Below, in pieces: positions 1 to 8,409 of a stretch of DNA of 34,799 nucleotides. The notes beneath the pieces were generated by a model. The model saw only the letters and a list, made by a program, of their open reading frames with translations, made no database searches and was not told where the DNA came from. Where the stretch lies: positions 1-34,799 of the IMG/VR virus record IMGVR_UViG_3300042451_000046; one strand, written 5' to 3'. Numbering within the stretch: position 1 is the stretch's first letter; each line of letters opens with the position of its first letter. This DNA comes from a virus. Lineage: Duplodnaviria > Caudoviricetes. A program made the translations under genes and the position numbers.

Positions 1-11
1 TACGCCTACAC

Positions 12-39
12 TTGACCCCTCGGCGGGCCAGCGTACAAT
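12..39 (+). promoter_or_regulatory. sigma70-like promoter upstream of first gene and portal
   Basis: TTGACC (12-17), 16-nt spacer, TACAAT (34-39); followed by GGAG (52-55) and GTG at 62. Confidence 0.6.
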
Positions 40-61
40 CGGGTAACTCTTGGAGACAGCT

Positions 62-868
62 GTGTCTACTTTTTATCCGTCAATTACCTCTGAACGACGT
101 CACGAGGACTTCGCCCTGCAGGTAGCTCGTGGGCAGGTTCCGGGCCACCGTGTTGTACAAGTGTTTGGCTACAACGCTGATGTTGACCAGACAGAAGAGT
201 CCGTGTGGCCTGATGGCGGCACTGTTCCACACCCTGCGGTTGCATCGGTGCTCAAGATCAGCTCCAGCAGCGCAAGCGACGCGGCAGCAGGTACAGGTGC
301 CCGCACGGTGTATATTGGCGGCGTAGACGGTGACTTCAACGAGGTTAGCGAGACTGTTACGCTGAACGGCCAGACTGCTGTGAACACGGTAAACTCATAC
401 AAGTACGTGAATTACCTCTACGTTGTCACAGCGGGCACTGGCGGTGCCAACGCTGGGAACATCAATGTTGGGACCGGCACGATTACAGCGGGCGTTCCTG
501 CAGTCTTGTATGACATGATCGCTGTTGGCTACAACCAGCGCACTACCGCCCACTTCTGCGTACCCGCAGGGCACACCGGCTTTATGACTTCAGGCGTTAT
601 TACAGCTGGTCAAGAGTCTGGCTCTTCGGCTATTACATCGTTTTTGAAGCAGCACGGGCCAGATGAAATTTTGCGTGTGGGGGCTATAACTACGATGAAC
701 AACGGGTCGGTGCAGTACGACTTTGCGTTTCCGTACGTCATACCAGAAAAGAATTGCGTTGGGGCTACGGCTGTCGGGGCTTCAAACAACAACTCCGTCA
801 GTACGTTCTTCAACATCGTACTGGTTGCTGGACCAAACGCATCCGCTCCCGGTACTCCTTGGAACTAA
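62..868 (+). CDS. phage hypothetical protein, beta-rich, possibly virion-associated
   Basis: ORF 50..868; GTG at 62 preferred because GGAG precedes it; Gly/Thr/Val-rich; lies immediately before the portal. Confidence 0.75.
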   Translation: MSTFYPSITSERRHEDFALQVARGQVPGHRVVQVFGYNADVDQTEESVWPDGGTVPHPAVASVLKISSSSASDAAAGTGARTVYIGGVDGDFNEVSETVTLNGQTAVNTVNSYKYVNYLYVVTAGTGGANAGNINVGTGTITAGVPAVLYDMIAVGYNQRTTAHFCVPAGHTGFMTSGVITAGQESGSSAITSFLKQHGPDEILRVGAITTMNNGSVQYDFAFPYVIPEKNCVGATAVGASNNNSVSTFFNIVLVAGPNASAPGTPWN

Positions 869-871
869 ATT

Positions 872-2962
872 ATGGCAACAGGCATCGCACTCATCCCCGT
901 AGCTCGCAGTTCCGATCTGGAACGCGAGTCGCAAAAACGCAACACCGACATGCAGGCCCAGCCTGTAATTCAGGGTCTGGCCGCTCACGCACGCAAGCGC
1001 TGGGAGTCCGCCCGAGAAGCCAAGCGGACCATCGAGGAGCGCATGCTGCAGTGTCTGCGCCAGCGCAACGGCGAGTATGACCCGGACAAGCTGGCCGACA
1101 TCAAGCGCCAAGGCGGCTCCCAGATTTACATCCAGCTGACATCGGTCAAGTGCCGCGCTGCTACGAGCTGGCTGCGTGATACCTTGCTGGGCACAGGCAC
1201 AGACAAACCGTGGAGCCTTGAGGCTACACCCGAGCCCACACTGCCGCCCGAGATGATTCAGGAGCTGATGGCCAGCATGCAGCAGCAGCTGCAGGCCTTG
1301 ATGGAGCAGGGCTTGGCCCCTCCAGACCCAGTGCAGTTGCGCGAAGCGGCCATGCAGATGAAAGACGCAGCGATGCGCAAGCTGCGTGAAGAGGCCAACG
1401 AGCGTGTCGACCGCATGGAGCTGAAGATGGAAGACCAGCTCATCGAAGGCGGCTGGACTGACGCGCTCAACGCGTTCCTTGACGACGTGGTGACATTCCC
1501 CTACGGCGTGCTCAAAGGCCCGGTCAAGCGCAAGCGCAAGACCATGGTGTGGCAGAACGGCGAGCTGGCTCCCTCAGAAGAGATTCGCAACGAGTGGGAG
1601 CGTGTTGATCCGTTCATGTTGTACTGGGCTCCATGGTCCTCGGACATCCAAGACGGCTTCATTGTCGAGCGTCACCGCATGACTCGTGAAGACCTGCAAG
1701 CCTTGATCGGCGTGCCCGGCTACAACGACGACGCCATCCGCGCAGTGCTCAATTCCTTCGAGTCCGGCAACCTCAACGAGTGGCTGTGGACTGACAGCGC
1801 TCAGGCGACCGCCGAGGGCAAGGACACCACCCAGACCATCTTCACGACAGACCTGATCGACGCCCTGCAGATGTGGGACAGCGTGCAGGGTAAAGACCTG
1901 CTGGACTGGGGCCTGTCTGCCAAAGACATCCCTGACCCAGACCTGAGCTACCCCTGCGAAGTGTGGCTGGTGGGCTCCACCGTCATCCGCGCTGTGCTCA
2001 ACTACGACCCGCTGGGCCGCAAGCCGTACTACGTGACCTCATATGAGCGCGTGCCGGGCGCTGTGGCTGGCAAGGGCGTGGCCGATCTGTGCCGCGACTC
2101 CCAGAACATGGTGAACGCCTCCGCACGCGCACTGGCCAACAACATGGGCATCAGCTCTGGCCCACAGGTGGGTGTGAACGTGTCGCGCCTGCCACCGGGC
2201 GAGGACATCACTGAGATGCACCCTTGGAAAATCTGGCAGTTCCAGAGCTCCGAGTTCAACGACGGCTCGCAGCCACTGACATTCTTCCAGCCCAACAGCA
2301 ACGCCAACGAGTTGATGGCCGTGTTCGAGAAGTTCTCGGCTCGTGCCGACGAAGACACCATGATCCCGCGCTACATGACTGGCGAAAGCTCGCCCGGGGC
2401 TGGCCGCACGTCGTCTGGCCTGTCGATGCTGATCAGCAACGCTGGCAAGGGCATCAAGCAGGTGATCAGCAACATCGACCGCGCCGTGATCGTGCCGTCC
2501 ATCGAGCGCCTGTACCAAGACAACCTGCGCTACAGCAAAGACCCAGACCTGATCGGTGACGTTAAGGCAGTGGCCCGGGGCGCGACCAGCTTGGTGGTCA
2601 AGGAAGCCGAAGCGATCCGCCGCAACGAGTTCCTGACTCTGGTGCTCAACAGCCCAGTGGCCCAGCAGATCGTCGGCATGGACGGCGCAGCTGAGCTCCT
2701 GCGCGAGCAGGCTCGCAACCTGAGCGGCAACGTCAACCGAATCGTCCCAGACCGTCCGACACTGACAGCCATGCAGAATCTGCAGCAGCAAAACGCACAG
2801 CTCCAAGAGCAGTTGGCCATGATCATGGGCGAACTCCAAGGCGGCGCACCGGGTGCCCCGGGCATGACACAGGGCCAAGCGCCGAAGAATATGCTGCCGG
2901 ATGGGTCTCAGGTAGGGGGCAGGGAAGGGGCGACAATGGTAAGCCGCCCTAACGGGATTTAA
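872..2962 (+). CDS. portal (head-to-tail connector) protein
   Basis: 696 aa, strongly biased codons, first in portal-scaffold-capsid order; portal-like segments (ERVDPF..YW, GKGVADLCRDSQ..VNA, RTSSGLSML) and a Gln-rich C-terminal coil. Confidence 0.85.
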   Translation: MATGIALIPVARSSDLERESQKRNTDMQAQPVIQGLAAHARKRWESAREAKRTIEERMLQCLRQRNGEYDPDKLADIKRQGGSQIYIQLTSVKCRAATSWLRDTLLGTGTDKPWSLEATPEPTLPPEMIQELMASMQQQLQALMEQGLAPPDPVQLREAAMQMKDAAMRKLREEANERVDRMELKMEDQLIEGGWTDALNAFLDDVVTFPYGVLKGPVKRKRKTMVWQNGELAPSEEIRNEWERVDPFMLYWAPWSSDIQDGFIVERHRMTREDLQALIGVPGYNDDAIRAVLNSFESGNLNEWLWTDSAQATAEGKDTTQTIFTTDLIDALQMWDSVQGKDLLDWGLSAKDIPDPDLSYPCEVWLVGSTVIRAVLNYDPLGRKPYYVTSYERVPGAVAGKGVADLCRDSQNMVNASARALANNMGISSGPQVGVNVSRLPPGEDITEMHPWKIWQFQSSEFNDGSQPLTFFQPNSNANELMAVFEKFSARADEDTMIPRYMTGESSPGAGRTSSGLSMLISNAGKGIKQVISNIDRAVIVPSIERLYQDNLRYSKDPDLIGDVKAVARGATSLVVKEAEAIRRNEFLTLVLNSPVAQQIVGMDGAAELLREQARNLSGNVNRIVPDRPTLTAMQNLQQQNAQLQEQLAMIMGELQGGAPGAPGMTQGQAPKNMLPDGSQVGGREGATMVSRPNGI

Positions 2963-3584
2963 TCGTAGGCGTAGTTACCGCTTTGTCCGGCTCCCAACCA
3001 TGGCGAACACGATAAGCAATGGTTTGGGCTGGTATTCCGGTTTCTTCTGCCCACGCTACTAGAGGTTGCGTGCGACCAAGAGCGGTAACTAACACGTTGG
3101 TGCGTTTGTTTCGCTGCTGTGTTACTCGCGTAGCCCACCGACAATTTTCTTTACTGTAGCCCATATCGTTGTCAATTCTGTCTAGGCTCAGCCCGTCTGG
3201 ACGCACACCCATGTCGGAAAGAAAATTTTCGAATAGCTCCCAAGATTGGCTGACAGTGACACCGCGACCGCCGTAGTTTGCGTATGCTGGGTGTTTTTCG
3301 TTATTACAACGATCAATCATGGATGACCACACCCTATACGTAGGTGATTTGGTTTTCCCCGCATGCCCATGCTGTTTGTTTTTTACACTGGCTAACTCAT
3401 CAGCACACGGCTTGCAAGACTGAGTTCGTCTAGCGTTACTGGACGATAAAAATACTGTCGACCCGCAGCGCGTACATACGCAACTCCAAATAACTAGACC
3501 TTGTTTGGTTCGCTTTGGCGTAAGCTCTACTACGCGCATGTAACCTACAGACGTACCAGATAGAGAAGCAATTTTGTTTGGCAT
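2949..3584 (-). CDS. HNH-family homing endonuclease-like protein, free-standing, antisense insertion
   Basis: SMIDRC..YANYGGRGVTV..LSLDRIDNDMGYSKENCRWAT motif, N-terminal Cys pairs, C-terminal HTH-like segment; visibly AT-richer than its flanks; ATG at 3584 with AAGG upstream. Confidence 0.85.
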   Translation of the reverse strand: MPNKIASLSGTSVGYMRVVELTPKRTKQGLVIWSCVCTRCGSTVFLSSSNARRTQSCKPCADELASVKNKQHGHAGKTKSPTYRVWSSMIDRCNNEKHPAYANYGGRGVTVSQSWELFENFLSDMGVRPDGLSLDRIDNDMGYSKENCRWATRVTQQRNKRTNVLVTALGRTQPLVAWAEETGIPAQTIAYRVRHGWEPDKAVTTPTIKSR

Positions 3585-3611
3585 AGTCGCAACCTTGTTT
3601 AAGTTCGTCTT

Positions 3612-3640
3612 ATGATAGCACAAACAAAATGTGTTGACAA
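3612..3640 (-). promoter_or_regulatory. sigma70-like promoter with extended -10, driving the HNH gene
   Basis: Minus strand reads TTGTCA (3640-3635), 17 nt, TATCAT (3617-3612), with TGn directly before the -10. Confidence 0.65.
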
Positions 3641-3664
3641 ACGCAAGTATGTATGGCGTACAAT
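3634..3664 (+). promoter_or_regulatory. sigma70-like promoter for scaffold/capsid operon
   Basis: TTGACA (3634-3639), 19-nt spacer (long), TACAAT (3659-3664); shares GCGTACAAT with the promoter at 31-39. Confidence 0.5.
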
Positions 3665-3670
3665 GATGCT

Positions 3671-3913
3671 ATGAAACTTTTCATCGGCCAAAAGCCTGAT
3701 CGGCAGCACATGCAAGCGTTGATTCGCTGCAAGCTGCAAGAAAACGAAGCGCTACTGGCGCTGTTCCGAACCAAGCTAGAGGAGACCAAGGTCTCCTTGA
3801 TGCAAGCAGAGGAACCGCACCGTTTGTACCGCCTCCAAGGTCAGGCTCAAGCCTTATCAGATTTCCTCGAAGCGGTTGAAAAATCGGCAGAGGTCTTCGA
3901 CCGGATCAAATGA
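3671..3913 (+). CDS. small helical protein between portal and scaffold (Bbp19-like position)
   Basis: ORF 3653..3913, ATG at 3671 preferred; LYRLQGQAQAL motif is typical of small post-portal genes. Confidence 0.7.
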   Translation: MKLFIGQKPDRQHMQALIRCKLQENEALLALFRTKLEETKVSLMQAEEPHRLYRLQGQAQALSDFLEAVEKSAEVFDRIK

Positions 3914-4002
3914 TCCGAATTTTGTAAATCCGAGCAAACCATTATGTGAACGGCAGACCGCAGTAGGAGCCTGAAGCAGAGTTGGAGCCCAAGGAGAATT
4001 GA

Positions 4003-4962
4003 ATGGCATTGCCAAGACAAGTAGAAGCGCAGTTACGAGAACTGGAAGCACTGGAAAAGCAGCTCGCAGAGGGCCAGAATCCTGCACCCGCAGACCCTGA
4101 ACCAACGCCAGCAGAGCCTCCCCAAGACCCACAGCCTCAGCCAGCTGAGCCCAAACCTGTCGAGCCAACGCCGACACCGACCGAGCCAGTAGTCGCGGAA
4201 GAGAAATGGGAGCAGAAGTACAAAACCCTCAAGGGCATGTACGACGCCGAAGTTCCTCGCTTGCATGCAGACTTGCGTGATCTCAAAGCCCAAGTGGATA
4301 GCCTCCGCAAAGCCTCTGAGACCAAGCCAGCCGAGCCAGCTAAGCCCGCAGCTCCTACGAAGTTGGTGACTGATGCTGATGTTGAAGCATTTGGTTCTGA
4401 CCTCATCGAGGTCCAACGCAAAGTTGCCCGCGAAGTGGCAGCAGAGTTTCGAGGCGAGCTAGACGCCATGAGAGCCGAGAACGAGAAGTTGCGCGAGCAG
4501 CTGACCAGCACCGGCACCCAAGTGTCCGAAGCAAGTTTTGAGCAGCGCCTGTACCGTATGGTGCCGGACTTTGAAGCAGTCAACGCTGATCCCAAGTGGA
4601 TCGCTTGGCTCAACGAAGTAGACCCGCTGCTCCGAGCCCCCCGATCTTCTGTTGCACAGCAAGCGTTCAACCGAGGCGATGCTGAAGGTGTTGCACACTA
4701 CGTGGCGATGTTCAAACAGACCATTGCGCCCGTGGAGCAAAAAGCCGACAAGACCGAAGAGCTGGAACGTCAACTTCAGCCGAATCGAGGTGCCACAAGC
4801 GCCCCACCTACCTCTCAAAAGGGTAAGGTCTACACCAACGCGGACATCGAAAAAATGTTCCGTAAGGCGACAGACTTGGGGACAAAAGGGCAAGTCGATG
4901 CGGCAAAGAAACTTGAAGCTGAAATTGATGCTGCGTACATGGAAGGTCGCGTAATTGCGTGA
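4003..4962 (+). CDS. capsid scaffolding protein
   Basis: 319 aa, acidic, Pro-rich N-terminus, coiled coils, C-terminal EIDAAYMEGRV; AAGGAG RBS; precedes capsid. Confidence 0.8.
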   Translation: MALPRQVEAQLRELEALEKQLAEGQNPAPADPEPTPAEPPQDPQPQPAEPKPVEPTPTPTEPVVAEEKWEQKYKTLKGMYDAEVPRLHADLRDLKAQVDSLRKASETKPAEPAKPAAPTKLVTDADVEAFGSDLIEVQRKVAREVAAEFRGELDAMRAENEKLREQLTSTGTQVSEASFEQRLYRMVPDFEAVNADPKWIAWLNEVDPLLRAPRSSVAQQAFNRGDAEGVAHYVAMFKQTIAPVEQKADKTEELERQLQPNRGATSAPPTSQKGKVYTNADIEKMFRKATDLGTKGQVDAAKKLEAEIDAAYMEGRVIA

Positions 4963-5012
4963 CCAGTGACACAGCGTTGAACCCCAACCTGTTTTTAATT
5001 TAGGAGGCCATC

Positions 5013-6014
5013 ATGGCTGCAGTTTATCCCGTCCAATCGCCGTTCAACACGAACCCTTCGTACTCCGGCGCTTTCATCCCCACCCTGTGGTCTGGCAAGT
5101 TGCTGGCCAAGTTCTACCAGAACACCATGTTGTCGGAAATCGCCAACACTGACTATGAAGGTGAACTGAAGAACCAAGGCGATACCATCCGTATCCGTCT
5201 GGCTCCTTCGATCAGCATCTCTGACTACACCGTTGGCCAGAACCTGTCGTACGAAGTCCCCACTCCTATCTTCCAAGATATGCAAGTGAACAAGGGCAAG
5301 TACTTCGGCGTGCAAGTCAACGACGTGCTGGCTTATCAGTCCGACATGAACTTGATGAACATGTTCACTGAAGACGCTGCCAAGCAGTTGAAGATCGCCA
5401 TCGAAAACGAAGTGTTCTTCAACAACATGGTCACTGAAGGCCCTGCCGCTGCCAACGAAGGCGCTACTGCTGGTGCTATCTCTGCTGCCTACAACTTGGG
5501 CACAGACGTAACTCCAATCGACCAAGCCACTCCTGAGAACGTGCTGAAGGGTATCCTGCGCATGTCCACAGTGCTGGACGAGCAGAACGTGCCTGAAGAT
5601 GGTCGCTGGTTGGTGATCAGCCCCTTCGACCGTCATCTGCTGATGCAATCCAACATCGCTCAAGCCTACTTCACTGGCGACGCTCAGTCGACCATCCGTA
5701 GCGGCAAGATCGGTATGCTGGACCGCTTCACTGTGTACGTGTCCAACTTGTTGCCTCGCGGCGCTGCTGGCAAGGCACTGGTTGCTGGTCTGACAGACCC
5801 CGCCACTGGTGGTGCTGTGTCCAACGCAAAAGCCCGTCGTACCATGGTCGCTGGCACCAAGGCAGCAATGTCTTTCGCTATGACCGTGAACAAGACTGAG
5901 CCACTGCGCAACCAGACTGACTTCGGCGACATCGTCCGTGGTTTGGCTGTGTACGGTCGCAAGACTGTCAAGCCTGAAGCTCTGGTCGTGGCCCAAGTCG
6001 GTTCCGCCAGCTGA
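5013..6014 (+). CDS. major capsid protein (HK97 fold)
   Basis: 333 aa; FIPTLWSGKLL, GDTIRI, NVPEDGRWLVISP and DIVRGLAVYG motifs; AGGAGG RBS; highly biased codons; followed by a terminator. Confidence 0.9.
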   Translation: MAAVYPVQSPFNTNPSYSGAFIPTLWSGKLLAKFYQNTMLSEIANTDYEGELKNQGDTIRIRLAPSISISDYTVGQNLSYEVPTPIFQDMQVNKGKYFGVQVNDVLAYQSDMNLMNMFTEDAAKQLKIAIENEVFFNNMVTEGPAAANEGATAGAISAAYNLGTDVTPIDQATPENVLKGILRMSTVLDEQNVPEDGRWLVISPFDRHLLMQSNIAQAYFTGDAQSTIRSGKIGMLDRFTVYVSNLLPRGAAGKALVAGLTDPATGGAVSNAKARRTMVAGTKAAMSFAMTVNKTEPLRNQTDFGDIVRGLAVYGRKTVKPEALVVAQVGSAS

Positions 6015-6020
6015 TGAACT

Positions 6021-6046
6021 GGGCCCCTTCGGGGGCCCTTTCTATT
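6021..6046 (+). terminator. Rho-independent terminator after capsid gene (weak U tract)
   Basis: GGGCCCC-TTCG-GGGGCCC followed by TTTCTATT. Confidence 0.8.
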
Positions 6047-6068
6047 CCCTTATTCTTTGGAGATTTTC

Positions 6069-6401
6069 ATGTCTACTCAATTTGCTCGCAGTATCGGCGG
6101 CTACCAAACAGCCACCGCTGGCACAACCCAAACTCAGGCCGGTGCTACTCAGCTGACTGGCGCTGTCAACGTCGTGACTACAGGCACCGCCAGCGATGGC
6201 GTAAAACTGCCTGCTGAGCGCCCTGTTGGCGACATCGTTCACATTGTGAACATTTCCGCTGCTGCTTTGAACGTGTACGCCTCCACTGGTGGCGCGATCA
6301 ACGGTGGTTCTGCCAACGCAGCCAAGGCCTTGGCCGCTAACATGTCTGGTGCTTACATCAGCTTGGGCAGTGAAAACTGGGGCGCTGTTCTCAGCGCCTA
6401 A
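6069..6401 (+). CDS. putative capsid decoration/cement protein
   Basis: 110 aa Ala/Gly/Thr-rich beta protein directly after capsid; GGAG RBS; capsid-like codon bias. Confidence 0.6.
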   Translation: MSTQFARSIGGYQTATAGTTQTQAGATQLTGAVNVVTTGTASDGVKLPAERPVGDIVHIVNISAAALNVYASTGGAINGGSANAAKALAANMSGAYISLGSENWGAVLSA

Positions 6402-6414
6402 TAGGTGGCACAAT

Positions 6415-6439
6415 AAAGGGGCTCTTCGGAGCCCCTTTT
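6415..6439 (+). terminator. Rho-independent terminator, potentially bidirectional
   Basis: AAAGGGGCTC-TTCG-GAGCCCCTTTT. Confidence 0.85.
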
Positions 6440-6458
6440 ACATTTAACGGAGTATTGA

Positions 6459-6773
6459 ATGAACGTCCATGACCTTCTCGACCGCCTTGGCGGTGAAATT
6501 CTGTCCAACAAAGCCCGCGCTATGGTTGACGGCAAGATCGTTATCCTTGCCCGCATGAACGGCGATGACTGGGTGTACACAGACGAAGGCCAAGAGCTGG
6601 CCAACGCGCACTCCAATGCCGCCGTCGAAGAGGCCGCAGCCAAGCCTAAACGCGCCAAAAAGGCTGCCGAGCCGGTTGTAGAGGCTGAACCAGCCGCCGA
6701 ACCCACCACAGAAGCCCCTACCACTGAAGCTCCCGCTGCGGTAGAATCTGGCGAAGTAGCGCCTGAACTGTGA
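6459..6773 (+). CDS. hypothetical protein with Ala/Glu/Pro-rich disordered tail
   Basis: 104 aa ORF with GGAG RBS; phage-like codon usage. Confidence 0.75.
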   Translation: MNVHDLLDRLGGEILSNKARAMVDGKIVILARMNGDDWVYTDEGQELANAHSNAAVEEAAAKPKRAKKAAEPVVEAEPAAEPTTEAPTTEAPAAVESGEVAPEL

Positions 6774-6781
6774 GGTAGACC

Positions 6782-7459
6782 ATGGCCACCGTAAAAGTTG
6801 TTGACCTGATTGTGAGAGCAAAGACGCTCTTGCAGGACGAAGACTCTGTGCGGTGGACCGTTGCCGAGCTGCAGTACTGGCTCAATGATGCGTACAAGGA
6901 AACGATCGGGCTACGTCCCGACGCCAATACGCAGACAGCTGAGTACACCTGCGTGGCTGGTCCACGTCAGGTTCTTACAGGCAGCTTCCCAAACGCTATC
7001 CGGCTTGTCGAGGTTGTGCGCAACCTCGCCGCCACGTCGAACAAATACAGCGTCAGATTAACTGACCGCCGTAGTCTGGATACGCAGCGCCGCTCGTGGT
7101 ATTCGGACACGCCGAGCGCCAGCGTCGAGATGTACATGTTCGACCCGCGCACCCCCAAAGAATTTTTGGTCTATCCACCAGCTTCAACCGTTGCGCGACT
7201 TGAAGTGATTTACTCTGTGCTGCCGCTCGAACACACCCTGTCTGACGCGCAGTTGCTCAATCCTGCAACTGCCGAGACTATCCGCATTGACGACATCTTT
7301 GCCACCGCGCTGTTTGACTACATGCTGTACCGTGCCTTCAGCAAGGACGCTGAGCAGACAGCCATGATGACCAGAGCCGTGGCCCACTACCAAGCGTTCC
7401 AGAACGCTCTTGGTATCAAACAACAAGTTGCTGCTGCTTCGCAGCCGGGAGTTGCGTAA
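6782..7459 (+). CDS. head-tail adaptor protein (DUF6682-like)
   Basis: LLQDEDSVRWTVAELQYWLND and LFDYMLYRAFSKD motifs; post-capsid position; GAGG RBS. Confidence 0.7.
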   Translation: MATVKVVDLIVRAKTLLQDEDSVRWTVAELQYWLNDAYKETIGLRPDANTQTAEYTCVAGPRQVLTGSFPNAIRLVEVVRNLAATSNKYSVRLTDRRSLDTQRRSWYSDTPSASVEMYMFDPRTPKEFLVYPPASTVARLEVIYSVLPLEHTLSDAQLLNPATAETIRIDDIFATALFDYMLYRAFSKDAEQTAMMTRAVAHYQAFQNALGIKQQVAAASQPGVA

Positions 7460-8067
7460 TGGCAAAAACATGGGACGACTTTCTTCCTCTGCTGTCGCCG
7501 CATCTCAGCGGGTGCCCCAACACGACAATGAAGGAGTATCTGGGCATTGTGGCCTCGGATTTCTTCGCTCGTACATATCTGTGGCGCGAGCAGATCGACG
7601 CGATTTATGTGTCCCCCAACGTCACAGAGTACGACTTGGACGCTGATGCTGTGGTCGAGGATGTCATCTCTGTCGTCTACGACGAAGCCCCGCTGACGCG
7701 ATCTGATCTGCGCTTGATCGGTGCTCAGAAGTTGTCTGAGGTCGGAGAGCCACGGGAGTACTGGGTTCAGGCCGACCAGAGCATTCGCATTTTCCCAACG
7801 CCAGAAGAGCGTACAACGCTCAAGGTGTACGCCGTCCTCAAGCCTAGCCGCTCTGGCACGGGCGTAGAGGATTGGATTTATGAGACTTGGGCTGACACGC
7901 TTGTGAGTGGCGTTGTAGCACGGCTGGCCATGATCCCCAACAAAGAGTGGACCGATGTGGCTATGGCCACTTCCCAGAAGGCTACATACGAACGAGCGAT
8001 CACGACCGCCCGGGTACGTGACTTTCGCGGCGTCAGATTGATGGTGCGCCAGCGCCCAGCAGCATAA
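7459..8067 (+). CDS. second adaptor-like virion protein
   Basis: 202 aa; coupled by TAATG overlap; similar layout to the preceding gene (PREYW..IRIFPTP, LAMIPNKEWTD). Confidence 0.6.
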   Translation: MAKTWDDFLPLLSPHLSGCPNTTMKEYLGIVASDFFARTYLWREQIDAIYVSPNVTEYDLDADAVVEDVISVVYDEAPLTRSDLRLIGAQKLSEVGEPREYWVQADQSIRIFPTPEERTTLKVYAVLKPSRSGTGVEDWIYETWADTLVSGVVARLAMIPNKEWTDVAMATSQKATYERAITTARVRDFRGVRLMVRQRPAA

Positions 8068-8076
8068 GGAACGACG

Positions 8077-8409
8077 ATGACCGAAAAGATCAAACTGGTT
8101 CAGGGTGATACACGCCCTGCCCTCGTCTGCACCATCACAGACGACACGACCAACGCCCCCATCGACATTACAGGGGCAACGGTTGTCCTGAAGTTTCGCG
8201 TTGCAGGCGCTACGACCTTGACCGCGACCGTAACTGGATCGGTTACAAACGGCGCTGCGGGTCAAGTTGTTTTCTATCCTGCGTCTGCACCAGAGATGCT
8301 GCAAGGCGCTCCGGGTGACTACGAAGGCGAGATTGAGATCACGTTCTCTGACAGCCAAATCCAGACCGTGTACGACACCCTGCGTTTCAAGGTGCGTGAG
8401 GACTTCTGA
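8077..8409 (+). CDS. BppU-like (baseplate upper N-terminal, Ig-like) virion protein
   Basis: KLVQGDTRPAL..PIDITGATVVL..GDYEGEIEITFSD pattern. Confidence 0.65.
   Translation: MTEKIKLVQGDTRPALVCTITDDTTNAPIDITGATVVLKFRVAGATTLTATVTGSVTNGAAGQVVFYPASAPEMLQGAPGDYEGEIEITFSDSQIQTVYDTLRFKVREDF

Noticed and set aside
2949-3623. HNH gene as part of a group I intron or intein in the portal
   Set aside because: It is antisense, lies at and after the portal stop, and has too little flanking non-coding sequence for a ribozyme core
4995-5996. Long minus-strand ORF opposite the capsid gene (likewise 2039-2878, 7387-8358, 24364-25857, 27949-28968 and others)
   Set aside because: Shadow ORFs expected from strong codon bias in GC-rich genes; no recognisable motifs or RBS
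6014-6217. 67-aa ORF starting at the capsid stop, or a capsid read-through/frameshift extension
   Set aside because: Capsid ends in tandem TGATGA, the ORF runs through a terminator hairpin and overlaps the better-supported 6069 gene, and no slippery site is evident
6742-6747. TAGAAT as a -10 element upstream of the adaptor gene
   Set aside because: No credible -35 or extended TG, and it lies within coding sequence; cannot be supported
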